From: Candidatus Methylomirabilia bacterium
GTDB taxonomy: Bacteria; Methylomirabilota; Methylomirabilia; Rokubacteriales; CSP1-6
NCBI GenBank assembly: GCA_041496385.1
Contig: JBGQEL010000016.1
Span: 1 to 62,354 of the forward strand
Direction of reading: 5' to 3'
Length of the DNA: 62,354 bases
Made by a program: the position numbers and the translations under genes
Shown here: in pieces, positions 1 to 8,890 of the stretch
How positions within the stretch are numbered: position 1 is the stretch's first letter
Layout: each line of letters begins with the position of its first letter
The notes under the pieces: model-generated
Told to the model about the DNA's origin: nothing
The model's input: only the letters and a program-made list of their open reading frames with translations
The model's database searches: none

Positions 1-90
1 GCCGCGCACCTGCCCTCCACGCCACTGGCCGACGAGCTCGAGCGCTGCGGCGCGGCCGAGGCGCTGGTCGCGGCGCACCGGGCGCGGTGA
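1..90 (+). CDS. C-terminal fragment of a gene running in from the left edge (product unknown)
   Basis: Frame 1 is open to TGA at 88-90 (AAHLPSTPLADELERCGAAEALVAAHRAR*) with GC-rich third positions. It ends 7 nt before the next start. Confidence 0.5.
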   Translation, partial: AAHLPSTPLADELERCGAAEALVAAHRAR

Positions 91-97
91 GCGCCCC

Positions 98-580
98 GTG
101 ACCTACGGGCGCTATCTCGAAGAATTCACGCCCGGCCAGGTCATGAAGCACTGGCCCGGGCGGACGATCGGTGAGGCCGACTGCACCTGGTTCGCCCTGC
201 TCACGATGAACCAGCACCCGGTCCACTCGGACGCGCACTACGCCGCCACCCACACGCAGCACGGGCAGCGCCTCGTCCTCGGGCCGCTGGTGTTCTCGAT
301 CGGGATCGGCATGACCGTCGCCGACGTGTCGGGCAAGGCGATCGCCAACCTCGAGATCGAGCGGATCACCCACGACCGGCCGGTGTTCATCGGCGACACC
401 GTGTACGCCGAGTCGACGGTGCTGGAGACCACCGAGTCGAAGCAGGGCGACCGCGGCGTGGTCCACGTCGAGACGCGCGTCACCAACCAGCGCGGCGAAG
501 TCGTCATGACGTTCCGGCGCAAGGCGCTCGTCCCCAGGAAGAACCACGCGACGCTCGGCGAGGGGAAGCTTCCGGCATGA
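98..580 (+). CDS. MaoC-family (hotdog-fold) acyl-CoA dehydratase
   Basis: YGRYLEEF..G...HWPGRTI, MNQHPVHSD, PVFIGDTVYAES motifs. ATGA overlap with the next gene. Confidence 0.9.
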   Translation: MTYGRYLEEFTPGQVMKHWPGRTIGEADCTWFALLTMNQHPVHSDAHYAATHTQHGQRLVLGPLVFSIGIGMTVADVSGKAIANLEIERITHDRPVFIGDTVYAESTVLETTESKQGDRGVVHVETRVTNQRGEVVMTFRRKALVPRKNHATLGEGKLPA

Positions 581-1797
581 GCGCGCCGCCGCTCGACGGC
601 CTGCGTATCATTGCCGTCAGCCAGTTCGGCGCCGGACCGTTCGGCACGCAGGCGCTCGCCGACCTCGGCGCCGAGGTGATCAAGATCGAGGACCCGGCGG
701 TCGGCGGCGACGTCTCGCGCCACGTGCCGCCCTACGCGGACGATGGCGACTCGCTCTACTTCCAGTCGTTCAACCGCGGCAAGAAGTCGCTGGCGCTCGA
801 CCTCCGGCACGCCGAGGCTACGCCGGTGCTCCACGACCTCGTCCGCGTCTCGCACGCGGTCTACAACAACCTCCGCGGCGACCTGCCGGCGAAGCTCGGT
901 CTCACCTACGAGACGCTCGGCCGCGTCAATCCGGCCATCGTCTGCTGCTCGCTCTCGGGCTTCGGCATGACCGGGCCGCGCGCCGCCGAGCCGGCCTTCG
1001 ACTACCTGATCCAGGGCTACGCGGGCTGGATGGCGCTCACGGGCGAGCCCGACGGGCCGCCGGGCAAGTGCGGCGTGTCGGTCGTGGACTTCGCGGGCGG
1101 CTACGTCTCGATCGTCGGCCTCATGGCGGGGCTCTGGGACGCGCAGCGCAGCGGCCGCGGGCGCGACCTCGACGTCTCGCTCCTCGACACGGCGGTGAGC
1201 ATGCTCTCCTACTTCGCGATCTGGAGCCTCAACCGCGACTGGGAGCCCCGGCGCGTCGCCGACTCGGGCCACCAGACGCTCGTGCCGGCGCAGAACTTCC
1301 GGACGCGCGACGGCTGGGTCGTCGTCTTCTGCAACAAGGAGAAGTTCTGGGAGGCGCTCGTGGACGCGCTCGAGCTGCCGGCGCTGGCGCGCGACCCGCG
1401 CTTCGCGTCGTTCGCCGACCGCCTCGCCCACAAGGAGGCCCTCCTCGCGCTCCTCACGCCGCGCTTCGCGAGCCGCACGACCGCCGACTGGCTCGGCCGC
1501 CTCCGCGGGCGCGTGCCCTGCGCGCCCGTGAACTCGATGCGCGAGGCGCTCGAGGACGAGCAGGTCCGCGCGCGCGGCATGATCCGCGAGGTGGAGCATC
1601 CGCGGTTCGGCACGCTCCGCGAGCTCGCCTCGCCCATCCGGACGGAGGGGGAGATCCAACGGCCCGCGGCGGCGCCGCGGCTGGGCGAGCACACGGAGCA
1701 GATCCTCGGCGAGGTTCTGCAGTACACTCCCGCTCGTATCGCCGCGCTGCGCGCGTCCGGCGTCTTCGGCCGCCCGGCGAACGAGGTGCCCTCATGA
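577..1797 (+). CDS. CaiB/BaiF class III CoA-transferase
   Basis: PLDGLRI, LADLGAEVIKIE, NRGKKSLALDL and PRLGEHT motifs. Confidence 0.93.
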   Translation: MSAPPLDGLRIIAVSQFGAGPFGTQALADLGAEVIKIEDPAVGGDVSRHVPPYADDGDSLYFQSFNRGKKSLALDLRHAEATPVLHDLVRVSHAVYNNLRGDLPAKLGLTYETLGRVNPAIVCCSLSGFGMTGPRAAEPAFDYLIQGYAGWMALTGEPDGPPGKCGVSVVDFAGGYVSIVGLMAGLWDAQRSGRGRDLDVSLLDTAVSMLSYFAIWSLNRDWEPRRVADSGHQTLVPAQNFRTRDGWVVVFCNKEKFWEALVDALELPALARDPRFASFADRLAHKEALLALLTPRFASRTTADWLGRLRGRVPCAPVNSMREALEDEQVRARGMIREVEHPRFGTLRELASPIRTEGEIQRPAAAPRLGEHTEQILGEVLQYTPARIAALRASGVFGRPANEVPS

Positions 1798-3086
1798 CGG
1801 TGGACCCCGACCTCTTCCGCGCCATCGGCCTCGAGGACATGACCATGCCGGGCGGCTGGTCGGTGTCGAGCGGCCAGATCCACCTCTACACGAAGGACGA
1901 GCGGCGCCTCGTCCAGGAGGCCCGGGCCTTCGCGCAGCGCGAGATCCTGCCGACGTCCGCGGAGGCCCACCGTCGCGTGAAGGCGATCAAGGCGCAGCAC
2001 GAGCCGGGCCCCGAGCGGCGGCGCCTCCTGCGCGAGCTGTCCACACGCTACCTCCGGCAGCTCGCCGAGGCCGGGCTCACCGGCGCGCTCTTTCCCGAGG
2101 CGTACGGCGGCAACGCCCGCGGCGTCGTCGCCGAGTGCATCGTGGACGAGGAGCTCGCGGCCGTCGGCCACCCGGCGGACACGATCCGCTCCGTCTCCCT
2201 CACGCTCGGGACCATCTCGATCCTCCGCTACGGGACCGAGGCGCAGAAGCGGCGGCATATCCCGCCGCGCCTCGCGGGCGAGGAGCTGGCGGCGATCGCG
2301 ATCACCGAACCCCAGATCGGCAGCGACACCTCGCGCATGCAGACGATGGCGAAGCGCGTGGGCGACCGCTGGGTCATCAACGGGCAGAAGCGCTTCATCA
2401 CCGGCGGCGGCCTCGCCGACTACGTGACGCTCTTCGCGATCACCGAGCGCTCGGCGCACCCGCACAAGGGCATGTCCACCTTCATCGTGCCGATGGATCA
2501 TCCGGGCGTGCGCGTCAAGCGCCAGCTCGACGAGGTCATCATGGCCGACTGGATGGACAACGCGCTGATCGAGTTCGACGACGTCGACATCCCCGGGGAG
2601 AATCTCCTCGGCCCGCTGAACGCCGGCTACCAGGTGCTCATGGACGAGCTGGACACGGAGCGGGTCACCTACTGCATGGCCTCGCTCGGCGGCGCGCGCC
2701 GGTGCCTCGAGATCGCCGCCGAGTACTCGACCAAGCGCGTCCAGTTCAAGCAGCCGATCGCCATGTTCGAGGGCGTCAGCTTCAAGCTCGCCGAGATGTA
2801 CGCCTACCTCGACGCCGCGCGGCAGATCATCTATCGCACGGCGAAGATGATCGAGGCGGGACTCCCCGCCCAGCGCGAGAGCGCCGTGACCAAGCTCTTC
2901 ACCGCCGAGGCCACCTGGAAGATCGCGGACCACGCGATGCAGGTGCTGGGCGGCATCGGCTACACCACCGACTTTCCGATCCAGGCGATCTTCAGGAACA
3001 CGCGCCTGATGCGGATCGGCGCCGGCTCCGACGAGATCATGAAGTTCCTGATCGCCCGCGAGCTCCTGAAAGAGATCAAGGGATAG
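1794..3086 (+). CDS. Acyl-CoA dehydrogenase
   Basis: AITEPQIGSD, INGQKRFIT, RVQFKQPI, MQVLGGIGY, IGAGSDEI motifs. ATG at 1794 overlaps the upstream TGA. Confidence 0.92.
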   Translation: MTVDPDLFRAIGLEDMTMPGGWSVSSGQIHLYTKDERRLVQEARAFAQREILPTSAEAHRRVKAIKAQHEPGPERRRLLRELSTRYLRQLAEAGLTGALFPEAYGGNARGVVAECIVDEELAAVGHPADTIRSVSLTLGTISILRYGTEAQKRRHIPPRLAGEELAAIAITEPQIGSDTSRMQTMAKRVGDRWVINGQKRFITGGGLADYVTLFAITERSAHPHKGMSTFIVPMDHPGVRVKRQLDEVIMADWMDNALIEFDDVDIPGENLLGPLNAGYQVLMDELDTERVTYCMASLGGARRCLEIAAEYSTKRVQFKQPIAMFEGVSFKLAEMYAYLDAARQIIYRTAKMIEAGLPAQRESAVTKLFTAEATWKIADHAMQVLGGIGYTTDFPIQAIFRNTRLMRIGAGSDEIMKFLIARELLKEIKG

Positions 3087-3090
3087 ACGC

Positions 3091-3375
3091 GTGAGCCAGG
3101 TGCGGCCCGCGACCGACGTCGAGGAGGTCACCGAGGAGGCGGTCGCCCCGCCCTGGATGACGATCCTCCACAACTGCGAGTGTCATACCTTCGAGCAGGT
3201 CGTGAAGCAGCTCCAGAAGGCCATCGCCTGCAGCGAGTCGAAGGGCTGGGAGATCGCCTGGCAGGTCCACAACACCGGCAAGGCGGTCGTGAAGATCGGC
3301 CCCGAGGTCGAGTGCGTGCGCGTCGGCAACGTCCTCGCGTCCATCGGCCTCGTCGTGACCGTCGTCCAGTCCTGA
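3091..3375 (+). CDS. clpS: ATP-dependent Clp protease adaptor ClpS (variant pocket)
   Basis: PPWMTILHN...TFEQVV..L...AWQVHNTGKAVV pattern, 94 aa. Confidence 0.8.
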   Translation: MSQVRPATDVEEVTEEAVAPPWMTILHNCECHTFEQVVKQLQKAIACSESKGWEIAWQVHNTGKAVVKIGPEVECVRVGNVLASIGLVVTVVQS

Positions 3376-3409
3376 GGCGGCCGACGCGCCCGCTCCTTCC
3401 GGCGCTGGC

Positions 3410-4300
3410 CTAGCCGGCCGCCGGCTTCACCTCACGCGCGAGGCGTTCCATGGCTTTCACCATCGCCGGCACGCCGGCGCGCGGCAGATCGAACGTCATC
3501 CACTCGGCCCCTAGGCCCTTCACCCGGCGGACGTCGGACGCCACCTCGGACACGGAGCCCTGGAAGGCCACGCGGCCCGCGCCCTTGGGCCCGTCCGTCA
3601 GGTCGAGCATGTTTCGGGGCGCCAGACCGAGCGTCTCGCGCCGGCCGCCGCGGGCGGCGAGACCGCGCAGCGTCGCGTAGCCCTTCTCGATGTCGTCGAG
3701 GCCGAGCGCCAGCGGATGCCAGGCGTCGCCGAGCGCCGCGCAGCGGCGCACGGCCGGGCCGGACACGGCGCCGGGCGAGCCGCCGACCCAGATCGGCGGG
3801 TGCGGCTGCTGCGCGGGGCGCGGCGAAAACGTCGCGCCGCTGAAGCTCACGTACTCGCCCTTGTACTCCGGGATGTCGCTGGCCCACGCCGCCTTGATCG
3901 CCCGGAGATAGTCGTCGCTCAACCGGCCCCGCTCCCGGAACGGCAGGCGCAGATCCGCGAACTCGGCCTCGTCCCAGCCGACGCCGACGCCGAAGATGAA
4001 CCGTCCGCCAGAGGCCTGGTCGACGGTGGCCGCCGCCTTGGCCGCGACGAGGGCGCTCCGGTACGGGAGCACGATGACGCTGGCGCCCAGGCGGATCCGG
4101 CGCGTGCGGCCGGCAAGGAACGCCAGTAGCGAAAACGGATCCGGCCAGTGGCCGCCGTAGTGCTGGGTCGTCGCGGGCTTAGCGAGGATGTGATCGGGGA
4201 CGAAGACGCCGTCGAGCCCCAGCTCCTCCGCGCGCGTCGCGAGCGCTTCGGCCTCGGCCACCGTGAGCTGCCAGATCGGAAGCACGACCCCGTAGTTCAT
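3410..4300 (-). CDS. LLM-class (F420/flavin-dependent) oxidoreductase
   Basis: AEELGLDGVFVPDH, LPYR..LVAAK..AT.DQASGGR, P.Q.PHPPIWVGG motifs. GGAGGA SD before the ATG at 4300. Confidence 0.9.
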   Translation of the reverse strand: MNYGVVLPIWQLTVAEAEALATRAEELGLDGVFVPDHILAKPATTQHYGGHWPDPFSLLAFLAGRTRRIRLGASVIVLPYRSALVAAKAAATVDQASGGRFIFGVGVGWDEAEFADLRLPFRERGRLSDDYLRAIKAAWASDIPEYKGEYVSFSGATFSPRPAQQPHPPIWVGGSPGAVSGPAVRRCAALGDAWHPLALGLDDIEKGYATLRGLAARGGRRETLGLAPRNMLDLTDGPKGAGRVAFQGSVSEVASDVRRVKGLGAEWMTFDLPRAGVPAMVKAMERLAREVKPAAG

Positions 4301-4311
4301 GAGTTCCTCCG

Positions 4312-4770
4312 TCACACGGTATAGCGATACACGTTCGTGTCCCGCGGCGCAAATCCAAGGCGCTGATACAGCCGGTTCGCGGCCTCGCGCGACGGCCGGG
4401 ACGTCAGCTCGATCGTCCGGGCGCCTCGTTCGACGGCGTGGCGGATCGCCTCGCGGCTCATCGCGTCGCCGACCCCGCGCCCGCGCATCGTCTCGTCGAC
4501 GACGACGTCCTCGATCCAGGCGCGCACGCCGGTCGGAATTCTGAAGACCACGAGCGTCAGCAGGCCGACGATCCGACCACCGGCCTCCCGATCGCGTGCG
4601 ATCAGCACGGTATTGCAGCCGGCCTCCACGATCTCGCGGAGGATCTCGGGCGTGGGCACCGCGGCCGACCGCGAGAGCTGCGGCAGCAGACGGCCGAAGG
4701 CGGCGACGAGCTCGGTATCGACCGCTCGCGCCGCCGTTACCTCGATGCCGCTCGCCCGCTGTTCCGCCAT
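4312..4770 (-). CDS. GNAT N-acetyltransferase
   Basis: IEDVVVDETMRGRGVG and AANRLYQRLGF motifs. Confidence 0.9.
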   Translation of the reverse strand: MAEQRASGIEVTAARAVDTELVAAFGRLLPQLSRSAAVPTPEILREIVEAGCNTVLIARDREAGGRIVGLLTLVVFRIPTGVRAWIEDVVVDETMRGRGVGDAMSREAIRHAVERGARTIELTSRPSREAANRLYQRLGFAPRDTNVYRYTV

Positions 4771-4878
4771 CGTCGTCGCCCCGTCAGTGGCAGTACTGTA
4801 CTCCCGAATGGGCGCGAGGGGCGCCCCTCACAGCCGCCGCCGTCCGTCGGCGATCTGGCCCAGGCCCTCCGGCGATTC

Positions 4879-5607
4879 TCACGACGCCCGGCCGAGAAAA
4901 TACGTCCGCCCCACGTTGCTGGCGCCCGCCTCGCCCGAGTACGTGAGCACGGAACCGAATCCGGCCTGCGCCAGGCACGTCCGGACGTCCGCCTCCTCGT
5001 AGCACCGCTGGGCGAGCGTCACGTCCGCGCGGCGCCAGTCGGCGCCCGCGCCGTGAAAGAGCGTGAGCGTCAGGCTCGCCTGCCGCGCCGCCCCGTCCCA
5101 CCGCGCGTGCCCGATGACCGCGTGGTCGTCGCGGGCGATGCCGAACGACGAGCCCCGCCAGCGCGCCTCGTAGCCCGCCTCCATGTTGAGATCGAACAGG
5201 AATGCCGCGCCCGCGACGAGCGCCCGGCGCACGTTCCGAAACACCGCGCCGAGCTCCACGAGGCTCATGATGTGATTCAGGCTGTCGAACGTGGAGAGCG
5301 CGGCGTCATGCGCGCCCGGCGTCGCGAACGCTCGCGCGTCGGCGTGCAGGAACCGGGCGCCCGGCGCGTGTCGGCGCGCGTGACGCAGCATCTCGGCGGA
5401 GGCGTCCACACCCGTCACGTCGAATCCGCGCTCGACGAGGGCGCGCGCGAGCTGCCCCGTGCCGCAGCAGAGATCCAGCACGCGTGCGCCGGGCCGAAGC
5501 TCCCCGAGAATGAGGCGGTCGAGCACCGGAAGCGCGCGCAGCGTCTCCCCGCCCCAGCAGGCGTCGTAGATCGACGCCAGCGCGTCGTAGTCGGCGTGAG
5601 GGCTCAC
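4879..5607 (-). CDS. Class I SAM-dependent methyltransferase
   Basis: YDALASIYD, VLDLCCGTG, GVDASAEML, DSLNH motifs. The GTG start at 5607 is inferred. Confidence 0.88.
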   Translation of the reverse strand: MSPHADYDALASIYDACWGGETLRALPVLDRLILGELRPGARVLDLCCGTGQLARALVERGFDVTGVDASAEMLRHARRHAPGARFLHADARAFATPGAHDAALSTFDSLNHIMSLVELGAVFRNVRRALVAGAAFLFDLNMEAGYEARWRGSSFGIARDDHAVIGHARWDGAARQASLTLTLFHGAGADWRRADVTLAQRCYEEADVRTCLAQAGFGSVLTYSGEAGASNVGRTYFLGRAS

Positions 5608-5630
5608 GATCGCACCCGGCTCTCCATCGC

Positions 5631-6227
5631 TCAGGTCCTCACGGCGGAGGCAGGGTAGGCGCGCGACCACGCCGCCTGCGTCTCGCGAATGAGCGCCGGA
5701 TACACGACGAGGCGGCGGAAGGGATCGATGAGCGCCATGTAGATGCGGGTCAGCGGACCGACCGGCTTGACGTAGACGGCCCAGTAGAGGAGGTAGCCGT
5801 CCGGCGTCACACGGAGCGCCGTCGCGAGAAAGGCGTGCACGGTGGCGTTGTGGACCTCGGCCAGCGCCTCGCCGGGAAACAGATAGAGCAGGCGGAATGC
5901 GCCGGCGTGACCGCCGGGCGTCTCGAGCGAGCGGGTCCGGTCGTCGTCCGTGAGCCGGTGCAGGTACGACGCGCCTTCCGTATCGTGCCGCGGCGCGTCC
6001 CAGCCGAAGAGCCCGCCGAGGAGACGCCGGAGGCCGAACAGGCCGCGGACGGCCACGCCCGGAGACGCGCGCCCTCCAGGCCGTGAGAGGGCTTGCACGT
6101 CGCGCATCGTCCGGCCGGGCCCGCCTCCCCTGAGGGGAATCGCCCACACGTCGTGGAGCGGTACGTCGCCGAGCAGGGTGTGGCAGCGCAGCCCCAGCGC
6201 CTGGAACTCGCGGGGGTCTACGCGAAT
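5631..6227 (-). CDS. DUF2867-like hypothetical protein (possible ATT start)
   Basis: LLGDVPLHDVWAI, LFGLRRLLGGLFGWD, NATVHAFL, YMALIDPFRRLVVYPALI segments. GGAGG SD 5 nt before an in-frame ATT. Confidence 0.7.
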   Translation of the reverse strand: MRVDPREFQALGLRCHTLLGDVPLHDVWAIPLRGGGPGRTMRDVQALSRPGGRASPGVAVRGLFGLRRLLGGLFGWDAPRHDTEGASYLHRLTDDDRTRSLETPGGHAGAFRLLYLFPGEALAEVHNATVHAFLATALRVTPDGYLLYWAVYVKPVGPLTRIYMALIDPFRRLVVYPALIRETQAAWSRAYPASAVRT

Positions 6228-6250
6228 CGACGCCTCCCCGCCATGCCGCC

Positions 6251-7795
6251 CTACATCACCGGACCGATGATCCAGGGCGCGAACTCCTCCTCGCCCACAC
6301 CACTGAGCTCGCTCTTCGAGCGCTTGCCCGACGCGACCGCGATCACTTCCTCGAAGATCTGGCGGCCGACGGTCGCGAGCGGCGTGCCCTCGAGGATCAC
6401 CCCGCAGTTGATGTCCATGTCCTCTTCCAGATGCCGGTACATGAGCGAGTTCGTCGCGAGCTTGATCGACGGCACGGGCTTGCAGCCGAACACGGAGCCT
6501 CGACCCGTCGTGAAGCAGATGATGTTGCATCCCCCCGCGACGAGGCCGGTGATCGACACGGGGTCGTGGCCGGGCGTGTCCATGAAGACGAACCCGCGCG
6601 TGGTGATGGGCTCGCCGTACATGAAGACGTCGGTCATCGGCGTCGTCCCGCCCTTGGTCACGCCGCCGAGTGATTTCTCGAAGACCGTCGTGATGCCGCC
6701 CGCCTTGTTGCCGGGCGCCGGGTTGTTGTCCATCGCCTCGATGCCGCGGCAGTACCATTCCCACCACTTGTAGCGGTCGATGAGCTTCTTGGCGACGCCC
6801 TCGTTGACGGCCCGCCGGATCAGGAGGTGCTCGGCCCCGTAGATCTCGGGCGTCTCGGCGAGCACCCCGGTGCCGCCGTAGCGCACGAGCTCGTCCACGG
6901 CCCAGCCGAGGGCCGGATTCGCCGTCATGCCCGAGTTGGCGTCGGAGCCGCCGCAGTTGGTCGCCAGCGTCAGCTCCGACACCGGCTGCTTCGTGCGCCG
7001 CGCCGCGTCCGCGTACGGCAGGAGCTTGGCCACCTCGGCCGCGGCGCGCTCGACGGTCTTCCGCACCCCGCCCGCCTCCTGGATGTTGACGAGGAACGGC
7101 TTGCGCTCCGGGTGCCCGGGCGCCGCCATGCGCTGGCGGTCCACCATGACGGCGGCCTGGTTCACCTCGCAGCCGAGGCCGATCAGGATGTAGGCGGCCA
7201 CGTTCGGGTGCTTGGCGTAGCCCGCGAGCACGCGCTGCAGGGCCAGGTGGTCCTCGCCGAAGAGCTTGGTCCCGCACCCCGACTTGTGGGTGACGGCAAT
7301 GACGCCGTCGACGTTCGGGTGGTCGCGCGTGACGTCCCGGAACCTGTCCTTCACGAACTGGCTGACGCTCGCCGAGCAGTTCACGCCCGAGATGATCGCG
7401 ACGTAGTTGCGCGTGCCCACGCGTCCGTCGTCGCGCTTGAAGCCGTCGAAGAAGCGCATCCGCTCGGGCGGGTAGAAGTCGACGGGCCGGACGTCGGTGC
7501 AGAACTCGTACTCGCGCTGCAGGTCGCCGATGCCGAGGTTCTGCGTGTGGACGTGGTCCCCGACGCGGATGTCCTGCGTGGCGAAGCCGATCACCTGGCC
7601 GTAGCGGCGCACGGGCGCGCCGCTGCCGACGCTTCGCCGGGCGACCTTGTGGCCGGGCCTGATGTCCTGGCGGACCTCGATCCGCGACGCGCCGTCCTCG
7701 AGGATCGTGCCGGCCGGGATCTCGGCCTTGGCGACGGCGACGTCGTCCTCGGGCTTCAGAATGACCGCCTTCTGCGCAATATCGAATGTAGCCAT
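6251..7795 (-). CDS. UxaA/GarD-family sugar-acid dehydratase (SAF plus dehydratase domains)
   Basis: GHKVA, HVHTQN, GRVGTRNY, CGGSD, NPAPGNKAGGITT..EKSLG, FTTGRGS motifs. Confidence 0.92.
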   Translation of the reverse strand: MATFDIAQKAVILKPEDDVAVAKAEIPAGTILEDGASRIEVRQDIRPGHKVARRSVGSGAPVRRYGQVIGFATQDIRVGDHVHTQNLGIGDLQREYEFCTDVRPVDFYPPERMRFFDGFKRDDGRVGTRNYVAIISGVNCSASVSQFVKDRFRDVTRDHPNVDGVIAVTHKSGCGTKLFGEDHLALQRVLAGYAKHPNVAAYILIGLGCEVNQAAVMVDRQRMAAPGHPERKPFLVNIQEAGGVRKTVERAAAEVAKLLPYADAARRTKQPVSELTLATNCGGSDANSGMTANPALGWAVDELVRYGGTGVLAETPEIYGAEHLLIRRAVNEGVAKKLIDRYKWWEWYCRGIEAMDNNPAPGNKAGGITTVFEKSLGGVTKGGTTPMTDVFMYGEPITTRGFVFMDTPGHDPVSITGLVAGGCNIICFTTGRGSVFGCKPVPSIKLATNSLMYRHLEEDMDINCGVILEGTPLATVGRQIFEEVIAVASGKRSKSELSGVGEEEFAPWIIGPVM

Positions 7796-7950
7796 CAATG
7801 TCCCTCCGCCACCAGACTATACCGCGAGGCCGGCCCGGCGCGAGCGAGCCCAGCCCCTCAGGAGCAGCGCACGCGTGCCGCGTGGTCCCGTCGATCCCTG
7901 CCGCCCGCGCCCGCCGCACCGGGTGCGTTGCACCGGCTGCGCGCGACGCG

Positions 7951-8853
7951 CTAGACGACTCCAGGTCCCTGGATGCGCAGGATCGCGGGCGGCTCGGTCT
8001 CGAGCTGGATCGTCGTGTGATCGATGCCGAAGCGCGCGTGCAGGACTTCGTGCAGCGCGCCCAGCAGCCGGTCGCTCGCGCCGACGTCCTCCACGACGAC
8101 GTGGGCGCTCATCGCCTCGCGTCCCGAGGTGAGGGTCCACACGTGGAGGTCGTGGACGCGGCGGACGCCGGGCACGCGCCGCATCGCCGCCTCGATCTCG
8201 GCGAGGTCGAGATGGGGCGGCGTCCCCTCGAGCAGCACGTTCACGGCCTGGCGCAGGAGCGCCCAGGTGCGCGGCAGGATCACGACCGCGATCGCGACGC
8301 TGGCGAGCGGATCGGCGAGCGCCCAGCCCGTCGCGAGCACCACGAGCGCCGCGACCATGACGCCGATCGAGCCGAGCGCGTCGCCCAGGATGTGCAGGTA
8401 CGCGGCGCGCACGTTGAGGCTCGCGGCGGCGTCGGCATGGAGGAGGACGGCGCAGGCGACGTTGGCGGCGAGCCCGACGAGCGCCACAACCAGCATGGGG
8501 CCGCCGAAGACCTCGGGAGGCGCCAGGAGCCGGCGGTACGCTTCGACGAGGATCCAGCCGGCCACGACGAGAAGCACGAGCGCGTTCACGAGGGCGGCGA
8601 GGATCTCGGCGCGATAGTAGCCGTAGGTCTTCGCGGGCGTCGGCGGCCGCGCGGCGACCCAGATGGCGAAGAGCGCCAGCCCCAGGCTCGCGGCGTCGGT
8701 GAGCATGTGGCCCGCGTCCGCCAGGAGCGCCAGGCTCCCGCTCCAGAAGGCGCCGGCCACCTCCACGAAGAGGAACGCCACGGTCAGCACGAGGGTCGCG
8801 ACGAGCCGGCCGCTGGAGCGGGCGGCTGCCGTCGTGCGGTGCGTGTCAGCCAT
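7951..8853 (-). CDS. Cation diffusion facilitator (CzcD/ZitB-like)
   Basis: SLALLADAGHMLTD, TYGYYRAEIL, LHILGD, VHDLHVW, HTTIQLE motifs. Confidence 0.93.
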   Translation of the reverse strand: MADTHRTTAAARSSGRLVATLVLTVAFLFVEVAGAFWSGSLALLADAGHMLTDAASLGLALFAIWVAARPPTPAKTYGYYRAEILAALVNALVLLVVAGWILVEAYRRLLAPPEVFGGPMLVVALVGLAANVACAVLLHADAAASLNVRAAYLHILGDALGSIGVMVAALVVLATGWALADPLASVAIAVVILPRTWALLRQAVNVLLEGTPPHLDLAEIEAAMRRVPGVRRVHDLHVWTLTSGREAMSAHVVVEDVGASDRLLGALHEVLHARFGIDHTTIQLETEPPAILRIQGPGVV

Positions 8854-8855
8854 CA

Positions 8856-8890
8856 CGCGGATCGTAGCAGGATACCTGCTAGAATCCCGC
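8856..8890. promoter_or_regulatory. Symmetric back-to-back extended -10 promoters for the divergent CDF and hydrolase genes
   Basis: Inverted repeat TAGCAGG-ATA-CCTGCTA (8865-8881) yields TGcTAGAAT on + (5 nt before ATG 8891) and TGcTACGAT on - (7 nt before ATG 8853). No SD on either side. Confidence 0.6.

Noticed and set aside
4816..4829. Perfect palindrome GAGGGGCGCCCCTC
   Set aside because: It is short and GC-rich, so plausibly chance or a weak terminator, and no second copy was seen.
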